A stretch of DNA of 64,000 bases from Eledone cirrhosa (taxonomy: Eukaryota): positions 176,576,001 through 176,640,000 of the forward strand of contig OZ024741.1 of NCBI GenBank assembly GCA_964016885.1, in the 5' to 3' direction. Both the position numbers and the translations under genes were made by a program. Below, one piece after another: positions 30,678 to 42,716 of this stretch. The first letter of the stretch is position 1; each line of letters begins with the position of its first letter. Under the pieces are notes generated by a model. That model was not told the DNA's origin and made no database searches. It was given only the letters and a program-made list of their open reading frames with translations.

Positions 30678-31006
30678 CATATACATACACACATACATAG
30701 ACATATATGTACATACATACACATACATATATACATACACACACATATATACATATATATACACACATAGACACATACATACATACACACACAACATACA
30801 TACACACACATATATATACTCATACATAGAATTAGATATATATTCATACATACATACGCACTTACATATACTCATATATACAAATACATACGCATCCATA
30901 TATGCGTATATACATACAAACACCACTACACCCTCACACAACTCAGACATACAAAGAAAAAGGCATATACATATACATATATACACGCATTAATAGAGAT
31001 ATATAT

Positions 31007-31045
<39 letters not shown>

Positions 31046-31267
31046 CACTTATATATATACACACCCACACACACATACAACCATAAACACACATACAAAA
31101 CATACAAACACACACATACACATATATATACACATACATATATATACACACACACAAAAAACAGACATACATATATATATTTTTTTACACATATATATAC
31201 ACACATATATATACATATACACACCCTCACATATACACACATACACATAAGTTATATTATAATAATA

Positions 31268-31314
<47 letters not shown>

Positions 31315-31563
31315 CGAATATAGACATATATACACACATAGATATACATATATATATATACATATACACACACACACACACACACTCACATATATATGTG
31401 CGCACACGTACATATATACACATACACACATATACACGTAAACACATACATGTGCATACATGCACATACACACATATACCCTCATAGATACGAAGATAGA
31501 CATATAAATAGAGAGACATACATATATATACACACACATATATACATACATACATACACACAT

Positions 31564-31602
<39 letters not shown>

Positions 31603-33049
31603 CATACACACATACAGGCCCACACACATATACACATATACACATATATATACATACACACATACACATACACATATATATAGACATGCATATATACACA
31701 TATATATATATATACATACACACATATATATACACACAATCTTACATTCTTATTTGTATGCGCATATATGTATTTTTATATTCAGATATAAATACCCAAA
31801 CATATATACACCTACCTACATATATATTCATACATACACGCTTACAAACACAGATGATAATAGTATGGGGGAAAGGGGGGGATTGGAGAAGGGGATTATA
31901 GTAAATATATGTTTCAAGAAACATAGAATATTATCTGTATCTGGATCCAATGTATGTTTTTACATAGTATCAGTGTTAGGAAATAGAAGAAATAAGGCAA
32001 AATTTATGCATTTCAAAATAAATAAGTATACCATTAATTATATGTTAACTAAACTAAAGATAGTAAACATATTGATTTCTAAGGTGTAAATTAGTTAGGT
32101 TTATAATATTTGAAGCAGAATTTTGAAGTTAAATAGTAGTAGAGTATTAATTATAGTATAACTAAATTAAAGTTAATAACGTTATGGTATCAATATTAGG
32201 AAATGAATTTAGTAATAGGGAAAAAACAAATAAAGTATTACATCGGTAGTAGAATATAAATTATAGGTTAACTAAATTAAAAATTATATATTAATTTCTA
32301 TAGTATATGTTAATTAGGTATATAATAAATAAAACAGATATTGTATTTTATCAATAGCAGAATATAATTATATGCAAATAAAAATCAAAATTAATACATA
32401 TACATATACATATACATACACATATATATATACATATATATACATATATATATATATACATATACACATATACACACACATACACATACATATACATACA
32501 TACATATACATATTTTTTCAAAAATTGCAAAGAATATATTAACTAGGTATATATCCAAAACACATCCCATTCTATGATTACATGATATTCTGCAATCCGT
32601 CTGTATAAGGATACTAATTTTAAGCCAATTAAATTAAATTTTTAGGTTGACTAAATTTAAAACCAAATTATAAATATATTTCTAAAATGTATATTAATTA
32701 GGTCTATAATACTAAAAATTATTTCTCTGTCATTGGATACACGATATTTTGTTATATTTTATCTGTAAAGGAATTTTAATAAAAGGTTTAAATAAATTAA
32801 AATTAATCTATAAATTAAATTACTAAGTATATATTAGTAATATTTAAAGGTTTTTCACAATTTATGATTACACAATATTTTATATTCTCATCTGTAATAG
32901 AATTTTAATTAAATTAAATTTATAGGTTAACTAACATTTAAATTAAATTAATTTCTAAAATAATGTTATTAATTAGGTTTATAATATTTAAATGTTTTTT
33001 TTAGTTTATGATTACACGATATAATTAATTCCTGTCGTTTATTTAATAG

Positions 33050-33298
33050 GATATCCTTAGATTTCATTATTTCAAATAGTTCTTGTTGAACATAATCTAC
33101 ATTCATTTCTATTATTTTGATAAGGGGTGGCTCTTTTGAGCACACTCCAGGTCAAATCATATTCTATATTCTTATTTTTATAACTATTGATTTTTTCTGC
33201 TAGAGATGTTGTATTAGCCAGTGCGGCATTTTTAAAACTATGCTTGTGGGTATTAAACCTTGTCTTAAAATTGTTAGAGGTAGCTCCTATATATGAGC
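33050..33298 (-). pseudogene. Naiad-like GIY-YIG endonuclease C-terminal remnant
   Basis: Manual translation YIGATSNNFKTRFNTHKHSFKNAALANTTSLAEKINSYKNKNIEYDLTWSVLKRATPYQNNRNECRLC; parallels the endonuclease at 44500-44720. Confidence 0.85.
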
Positions 33299-33571
33299 AA
33301 ATATATATATTTATATATATATATGTGTGTATGTATGTATGTATATATGTGTGTGTATATATATGTATGTCTCTCTATTTATATGTCTATCTTCGTATCT
33401 ATGTGGGTATATGTGTGTATGTGCATGTATGCACATGTATGTGTTTACGTGTATATGTGTGTATGTGTATATATGTACGTGTGCGCACATATATATGTGA
33501 GTGTGTGTGTGTGTGTGTGTATATGTATATATATATATGTATATCTATGTGTGTATATATGTCTATATTCG

Positions 33572-33622
<51 letters not shown>

Positions 33623-34206
33623 TATTATTATAATATAACTTATGTGTATGTGTGTATATGTGAGGGTGTGTATATGTATATATATGTGTGTATATATATG
33701 TGTAAAAAAATATATATATGTATGTCTGTTTTTTGTGTGTGTGTATATATATGTATGTGTATATATATGTGTATGTGTGTGTTTGTATGTTTTGTATGTG
33801 TGTTTATGGTTGTATGTGTGTGTGGGTGTGTATATATATAAGTGTATGTGTATATATATATATATATATATATGTGTATATATATCTCTATTAATGCGTG
33901 TATATATGTATATGTATATGCCTTTTTCTTTGTATGTCTGAGTTGTGTGAGGGTGTAGTGGTGTTTGTATGTATATACGCATATATGGATGCGTATGTAT
34001 TTGTATATATGAGTATATGTAAGTGCGTATGTATGTATGAATATATATCTAATTCTATGTATGAGTATATATATGTGTGTGTATGTATGTTGTGTGTGTA
34101 TGTATGTATGTGTCTATGTGTGTATATATATGTATATATGTGTGTGTATGTATATATGTATGTGTATGTATGTACATATATGTCTATGTATGTGTGTATG
34201 TATATG

Positions 34207-34243
<37 letters not shown>

Positions 34244-34433
34244 TTATTTTATATATATGTGTGTCTGTGTATGTGTGTGTGTATATATATATCTTTATAT
34301 ATGTGTATGTGTATGTTCGTGTAGGTGTATGTGTGTGTATGACTATATATGTATGTATGTATGTGTATATGTATGTATATGTATGTGTGTGTACATGTAT
34401 GTATGTGTATGTATGTATATGTGTGTATGTGTG

Positions 34434-34476
<43 letters not shown>

Positions 34477-34777
34477 ATATATATATATATATATGTATGT
34501 GTATCTCTATTTGTATATGTATATGTATATAGGTATATACCTTTTTCTTTGTATGTCTGAGTTGTGTGAGAGTGTAGTGGTGTTTGTATGTATATACCGA
34601 TATATGGATGCGTAAGTATTTGTGTGTATGTATGTATGTATATCTGTATGTATTTGTGTCTATATATAGGTATGTATGTGTATATCTGTATGTATATAAG
34701 TATGTATGTGTATGTATATGTGGGTGTATGTGTGTATATATATGTGTGTCTATATAGTATGTGTGATTATATGTGTA

Positions 34778-34829
<52 letters not shown>

Positions 34830-34934
34830 TATATGTATGTGTGTATATGTGTGTATGTGTGTATATGTATATGTTTATATATGTGTGTGTATGTATGTTC
34901 TAAGTGCGGATGTGTGTATATGTATGTATGTGTT

Positions 34935-34987
<53 letters not shown>

Positions 34988-35604
34988 ATATATATATATA
35001 TATATATATTTTCTTGATATATTTCTTTTTTCTTTTTTCTTTTTCTATTTTTTCTTTTCTTAGTTTATAGATACATCTATAATAAGCAGTCTGCCCAAAC
35101 CGTTGAATACTGACCTCTCCCCCCCTCCCACCTAATTTCTGTATCTTGATCTAAATGTGTGTGACAGTGTTTATGTGAGTGAATTAATATCCATGTGCTT
35201 ATGATATTATATCCACATATATATATGTGAGTGGGGGTGTGTGTGTGTTTGTATGTTCGTAATTATGTGTATGTTTATGCATATACGCGCGCGTGTGTGT
35301 GATTGTACGGATATGTGTGAGTATGAGAATATGTGTATACACTTATTTCATATTTATGTGTCTATACGCATCTTATCTGTGCATTATAAACTTACAGAGA
35401 CATTAACCTTGAAATTTTGTATTTGCATCCATCCTTTTGGTATGCGTATACATGTTGAGCATACATTTTTGTAAAATATGTGTAAGGGTAGTTACATGTA
35501 TATACACACACCGAACTGCATAAAACCTTTTGTATTTTCATTGGTCAATTTTGTTCCCAAACGGACCTGAAATTTTGAATTGTTGTTATTATCAATACAT
35601 ATAT

Positions 35605-35758
35605 TTCATTATTTCTGAAGACGGCGTATATATGTGTTGGTATGTATATTTAATCTTGATAGTTTGTATAATTTTGTATAATTTTGTACATAGATCTGTT
35701 GAATATGCATGCCAATTCTAACACATATATATCCTAGAAACGATCGTTAAATAATGAA
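35605..35758 (+). ncRNA. Type I hammerhead motif with ~115-nt extended stem II
   Basis: Stem I ttcattattt 35605-35614 / aaataatgaa 35749-35758 (10 bp, perfect); CTGAAGA 35615-35621; GAAA 35737-35740; palindromic ACGATCGT stem III; GUU triplet. Confidence 0.8.
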
Positions 35759-35953
35759 CTTTTTTTGTTTAATATAAGGAACTGTTTCATTGTTTTATTC
35801 ATTATTTGTTTAATATTTTATCTTGACTCTGTATACCGTTTATCTTTCACCGAAAGTGATTTTTCATTACATCTCTTCTTTCCATGATATCCGGAATACA
35901 TTGAGTTCTTCATACGGATTGGACACTACCGTAAACTCTTGGTAGATTTATCT

Positions 35954-36046
<93 letters not shown>

Positions 36047-36716
36047 CATATATATATATATGTATGTATTTGTGTGCACGTAATTTTGTGCATGCTAATT
36101 ATTTAGGATTTTAAAATAACATATATACATGCATGTATAAGTGTTTGTGTATGTGCGTGCATCTGTGTATAGTTGGGTATACGTAAGATATGTATTTGAG
36201 AGGTATTCTCTGATAATCCATAAATCCCATAGTAACAGTTTGAATGATGGAAAATGTAATTGCGAAAATGAAAAGTATTATAATGCACACCTGAATGAAA
36301 TAAATACGTTATATAAGACGCATTCATTTCATTCACTACGGGGAGTTTGAAAAGAGCAATGATTTGAATTAGATGACACCCCGTTCATGCTATACCTTTG
36401 TGCTCGCTAGTGGGTGGAGGAGTATATATACGTAAGTACATATATGTGTATATATATATGCGTATATAAATAAATATATAATTGCAATGTACATGAAGCA
36501 AATCATAGAAGGCGTGTGCTACTTCAAAGTTTTAGCAAGTTATTCTATATTGATATGCAGTGATATCGATTTTTATGCATAAAGTGATACCTAGAACTAT
36601 GAATCAAAATGATCGTTCAGGCACATCTCATTTCAAATTCATATATTACTGCCACCTTCACGTTGTGCACATTTCGAATGTAGTGGAACGACTCGAATTA
36701 TTTCGTGAATATGAAT

Positions 36717-36910
36717 GCGCGTAGCTTAGGGTTAACGGGTGTTCTGTTCATGATCAGGAGATCCTGCCTTTGATTCCCAGACAGAAAGGCGCAATGTGTT
36801 CTTGAAGGAGGACACTACATTTTATTTCTCCATTCTATTCAGTTGGCAAATATGAGTTGTATCCTTAATTCAAAAGAGCTAGTCAGAAACTAATGGCGCT
36901 ACATCTCTCT
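36717..36910 (+). mobile_element. Diverged tRNA-derived SINE (second family)
   Basis: gcgcgtagcttag (A-box-like) ...tttgattccc (B-box-like) ...tgtgttcttgaaggaggacact. Confidence 0.5.
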
Positions 36911-39247
36911 ACGAACAATGTTAATTTCTGGAATTGACAGCTCAGAAGTTTCAATACCTGCTACAGCCATTGTTCAATCCAATGCAAGTCAAAAAACATT
37001 TCTTGAACACATATACTTTGCTTTCGAATATATTCTTATGCGTTGTGTAGTATTCACAGATCATGTCTATCATGTAGTGTATGATCTGCAGAATGTATGA
37101 TGCTCTATAGATATTATATCTACCCCGCTCGATTAAATAGCGTGGAGAAATTGGAAGATATCCAGAGAGTTTATATAACTAAAAATGATGTTACTACTTC
37201 ATTGACTTTCTAAGTTTAATTCGTTGATGTTGTTTGCCACAAGGTTGATATTCATTTGTGGAAGTGGCGCGATTTTGCAAATAGTTCGGAACGTTTACCC
37301 AATTATTTCTAAGGGGATATACGATGTTATTATATAAGCGTTCTACTATGCACAATCGACAGATTCCTATATCATTGATACACGATATGCATTACTTTCA
37401 GATAATATAGTTTATGTCATATTCAAAGTTGATCTATTCCAGCCGCCAAATATTTAAAGACAAAGTTGCATATGACCGCGCTATAGCGGGGAAATGAGTA
37501 GTTAAAGTAAATTATTCTCGGACAAATATATATAAAGACTTTTGCTCCTGGCAGAGATGATCTCCACGTTCAACACAAATATGCGATGCAATTTAAAAGC
37601 AGTTATATAAAGCAATTGGTTCAACTGGCTTTACGGATTTAAAACGAAATTATCAAGTATAAATATTTCACTATTGCACCTTTCGTTCTTATTATTTATT
37701 TCTGATTTATTAGTCCTATAAACAAAGTTAGATTTTATTTTCCAATAGAATGTTTTCAGTAGTAATGTCGTTATGGTGCATCTGTTTTAGCAACCTTGAT
37801 ACATGAGATAATTAGCTGCTATTTCTAACAAGTGGGAAACTACATAGAGGATCCCTCAGTTCCTTGGGTTGTCATGTGATGTGCAATCCGATTGACATGA
37901 AACTGCTAATTGATATATCGATAAAGGTTTGCTGAAATATAATATCATACAACATAAAGAATTGCCAGTGATCGGTGTGCCATTGAAATAACATGTTCCA
38001 TTTTGATTCTCTTAGCTCAACTAATCGAATTCGTAGTATAGGAAATCATCAGCAGTTTACATGGATGTTTAACATCACACAAACCATATCACCGAAACAG
38101 CATACTTTAGTTCGCTGAATTCTATTAAGGGAAGAATAATTTTCTGATCTGAGTTAGACAAAACAATGTTTACATTAAACCGTTTATACTCCAACAAACC
38201 AACTATATTTAATATAATGTTCCAGTAGTACACAGAGTATTGGAATTATTTAATTCCATATAAGTATGCATTTCTGACATTTCTCGAAAAAACCGTTTGT
38301 TATGTAACCATCCAGGATGAAATAAATATCTAAAAAAAGTATTCACATTTCAAACTGAGTTGGATATTAAACAGCTTTGATATAATTCGTATAATGCATG
38401 CTGCCGGGCTCAACGTAATGCTTAGTTCTAACTGCACTGAAGTAAGAGATAGACAACTTTACCAAAGATGGGTGATATTTAAACCGTTCTCTTAACATTC
38501 AACACCCTCTGACCGAGTTTCAAATGACACAAAAAGCTTCTTAATGTTGATATAGAGAAAGGTTTGACCATCATGGATAGAACTTCTGCGATCGGGAACT
38601 TCTTTCACCCTCAGGGACCCCCCCCCCCCCCCTCCCCCTTACAAACAAAGTTGTTCGGTATTTTTACCTGAAGTGAATAAATACATGTACACCCCAACTC
38701 GTCACGGGGATTAAGTTCGCTTCCAGACTTTGGTTATTATTTTCCAAATAGTACTAAACTATCTCTCCCCTCCCCCTCGCGATCTCGCTCTCTCTCTCTC
38801 ACTATCTCTCTCCCTCTCTCTCTATATATATATATCTATATATATATATATAGAGAGAGAGAGGTGAGAGATGTTGCTAATTATTTTATTACTTTTATCT
38901 GCAAATGTTACGTTGCAACGTCTCATCGATAAACAGGGGTAAGCAAGTAAGAGCACCCCACGGTAGTCGTATCTATCTAAAATTACGGTCACGAACAAAC
39001 GCGTTTTTATAAATAAATAAAAGTTAAGAAAGATATTAAATAATCGTATTTACTTGGTAGTACTTAATTGTAACAGACACGTGGAGCTGTTATGGATACT
39101 TATAAAAGCAACCGACATCGCAATGACATCAAGAGATCGTAACACAATTATACGAAGCAGACACATACTTCTATGTTTAAGAATGTCCAGTCGACCGGGC
39201 AAGAGCTCAGCCGTCGAGTACTAACTCATAACAATATATATATATAT

Positions 39248-39317
<70 letters not shown>

Positions 39318-39318
<1 letters not shown>

Positions 39319-39691
39319 GAGGGTAATTCCGAAAGTAACGTCTCCAAAGCGATGGGGACGCAGAGAAACTGTTCGTACGGCTGTTAGCAATATTGTGATT
39401 GCTGCTTCATTCACTCCCAAACAAGCATACGTGCGCTTGGCTGGGATGCTCAATCCTGGCTTAGCACCCGTTGAGAATGGAGCTCCCGTTGATCGCTACC
39501 GCTAAGTGCGAGTTTCGCGCAGTTATTATATAGAGGGCAATCCGAAATGTATGGTCTCCTTCCGAGCAAAAACATGCGTAAAGATATTTCGGGAAGCTCT
39601 CTGCATTTTGGTTCCTGAGATTTCCCGAAGCACCATCCACGGGATGTTAACGGAAAAGTTGCAAGAGACCTTACTTTTGGGATTGCCCTCG
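39318..39691 (+). mobile_element. Mariner-derived internally deleted element (MITE-like)
   Basis: TIRs cgagggtaattccgaaagtaacgtctc / gagaccttacttttgggattgccctcg flanked by TA; transposase relics MELPLIATAKCEFRAVI and EISRSTIHGMLTEKL. Confidence 0.88.
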
Positions 39692-39705
39692 TATATATAT
39701 ATATA

Positions 39706-40445
39706 TAGCGTTCAAAGTGATAGAAGGCTAAACAATGCAAAATGGACTGTAAGATGAGGTAACGAAAAGTAAAAGTTACATATGCTCTCTGAATAACTGC
39801 CCTATCCGCGATACATGTATGTGCCTGCGGACACATGTGGTATATCGGATTGAGTGCAACAAATGTAAGTAGTTCTATTTTGGTTGCACGACTCGAACAC
39901 TTCACACTCGCATTAAAGAACACCCCAATAAAAGCGCATCCTCATTAACAAAACATATCGACAAATGTAGAAACATCAAACAACATATTAACGTTACCAT
40001 TAAAGCCAGTGATAGAAATGTGTGCAACTTAATAATTAAGGAAGACTTGCTAATACGTAGACTCAACTCTCAAATAAACAATAGATTAGAACTCAAAACA
40101 CAATACTTTACGTACAAAGACATACTCACAGGCACACAAGCTAAACACCACATACAAAAAAATAATTGATTTCGCGAAATACTATATTGGTAATTAACGC
40201 AGAAAGCGAAGTAACCTTCGTAAAACGCTCGAAAATGACTTAGATAAAATTAAAATCAAAATTAAAATTTCATCCAAAAGAGAGGAAATTGATGAAGGGA
40301 CTTGTAGGTCCCGAAATATTCAGGACAGATAAAATAACAATAACCACAACGAAACAAAAGGAATATTACTAGGTAACCTTTACTTTTCGTTACCTCATCT
40401 TACAGACCATTTTGCATTGTTTAGCCTTCTATCTCTTTCAACGTT
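39706..40445 (+). mobile_element. PLE 3' fragment (GIY-YIG end + pLTR) with inverted ~75-bp 5' arm
   Basis: CACGHMWYIGLS...RIKEHPNKSASSLTKHIDKC...IKEDLLIRRLNSQINNRLE; 39706-39779 is inverted at 40372-40445; hammerhead-like ttgatga-agggac-ttgtag-gtccc-gaaa-tatt at 40289-40320. Confidence 0.8.
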
Positions 40446-40665
40446 ATATATGATATACAATACTTCAAGCAAACTATAACATTTTATACATACATATATA
40501 TAATTTTGAAATATATATAATAAAATAAATATTGTTTTATAAATATAGTTTCCATTTATTTAATATCATAGAATATTTACTCCCGGAACTTGTTGAGTGC
40601 TCTAAATCAGTTATAAACATTTATATTTATATTTGTCGGAATTTCAACAAAATAAATATCCCTTG

Positions 40666-40716
<51 letters not shown>

Positions 40717-40721
<5 letters not shown>

Positions 40722-42716
40722 GTGGTTTGTACCGTGATGATGGTCTTTTGAGCATGACTAAGCGAAAGGTTCAGAAAAGAAGTCACAGCATTCTTTAAAG
40801 GCTTCAACCTCTCTATGCAGGTTGAGGCCAATCTCTCGGTCGTTAATTACCTCGACGTTACCCTCAATTTATCGAATGGGTTGTATTACCCGTATAGAAA
40901 GCCGAATGATGCGCTTAATTACATAAGTAAGCATTCCAACCTCAAATTTAGCTAAACTACCTAGCCGTAGCATTTTCCCCCTACACATAAATATAGTAAC
41001 ATTTTTAATAGAAATACTATTAACATTTCTTACTCTACGTCTCCTAACCTTGCACATAACATCACAGCTTCAAATTTAGCTAAACTACCTAGCCGTAGGA
41101 ACACGTGAAACCCTTTAGTTAGTACTAACTGTACTTGTAGGAATCGGGTTGATTGGCCACTATCCGGGAAATGCCTCTCTACTAACATTGTCTACAAATG
41201 TAAGGTTGAAACACCCACGTCCCGTAGGGCCTACATAAGGTTAACCGCCAATAGATTCAAGCAGCGTCTTCACATGCATACCCATTCTTTTCGTTACCCT
41301 CTAAGAAGGAATATGACGTCACTTTCAGCTTATATCTGGAGTCTAAAAGACAACCACACCCAATATAAGTTACACTGGGAGATCCTAGCTAGGGCTAGAT
41401 CGTATAACGGAAATAAAAGACCATGTGACCTCTGCGCCGCTGAGGCCCTGGAAATAATCTACGGTACAGACCACATCTTAAACAAAGAATGTGAGGCAAT
41501 TTCGGCTTGTAAACATAAATTGCACAAAACTTTCCTGTATTACAGCCCCACGTTATACCCCAACGGATAGTACGATCTATACGTGGATATTTCACGTCTT
41601 GATGTGGTAGCTAAGTATATGTTTTGTTTATACCATTACTTATTTGCATAGGTAAGTGTATATTAGCTGTTTGTTTTGTGAAGGTACGTGTACTTTCTCG
41701 TACGTATATTTGATTGTATATGTTATGGCGTATATTTTTATATATTCTGGTACATATGGTTTGGTTATGTGTATACGGGAGTTTTGCGTCTGTGTGAGTA
41801 TGCAGGTTCAAACGTATGTAGGTGTGTGTATATGTGTACTTCATGTTTTGGTTGACGATCGTCTCCGAACATTTGTGTATTTACATGTAGCTATGTGTGT
41901 ACGTTTGTTATATACGTATTTATTTATTTATATACGTTTATTTAATTATTTATTTATTTGTCTACACGCACACACACACTCACACATATTTATATGTGCG
42001 TGGTTTTGTATACCTATGGCAAGTGTTTTCGCGTATGCTCGTGTATGTACGTATTTGCATGCGTGTATGTATTTATTTAATTTCTATTACCTCTGTATTG
42101 TATTTTATTTACTTTATTCTTTACTCTGAGACGGAGATTCATTCGGTTTCCTAGTTAGAATTTTAGTCTAGGACTTCTGCTATACCATTTACGTGGTTTT
42201 GTCTTTGCTTGCAATTGTTCTCCACGCTCCACATTTGACGTGTTGCCTTCGTTTTTTTCCGTTCAGTGCCAGAGAACGTCTCTATGAACCACCTAAGAGA
42301 ATATTAGTCTGCGACTTCTTTTATACCATAAGCGTGGTTCTGTCTTTGCGCGTAATTGTTTTTCACCGCTCCTATTAATGACGTATTATATTCGTTTTTT
42401 CCCGTTCTTTGCCAGGGAACGTTTCCACGAACCAAAGTATTGTCTTCCTGTCTTCCTCCGGTTGCAACGTTTTTTTAAATATCCACTTCTGCGCTTACAG
42501 ATTGACTTTGTTAGTTTCAGAAGATCCCGTTAAGGGTGAAAGCAGCGATTCTTTGCATAAACATTAATCTGTTATTTTAGTAAATATTTGCTCTACGGTT
42601 CTTATATATTTTATATATATTTATCCTTATCAAGCCCTCTTTTATTTTAGTCTTCAAATTTATTACTATTACTATTTGGCTCCCACGGCTGAGCACTCTA
42701 TTGACTTAAATTCATC
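40717..42716 (+). mobile_element. Upstream 5'-truncated, internally rearranged copy (pLTR) of the Naiad-like PLE
   Basis: Starts at GGLYRDDGL; direct repeat of 43741-45860 with deletions; ends immediately before the ATG at 42717. Confidence 0.92.

Larger units (their letters stand above)
29055..35955. mobile_element. Large inverted PLE structure: minus-strand GIY-YIG 3' end plus ~4-kb 3' UTR, followed by inverted ~2.6-kb pLTR
   Basis: 29055-31590 is a near-identical reverse complement of 33300-35821; spacer carries GIY-YIG coding remnant; hammerheads near both outer ends. Confidence 0.9.

Noticed and set aside
31740-33050. AT-rich block with G-runs resembling a mitochondrial control region (NUMT)
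   Set aside because: No tRNA or mitochondrial gene recognised; it is contiguous with a PLE endonuclease remnant and better explained as 3' UTR.
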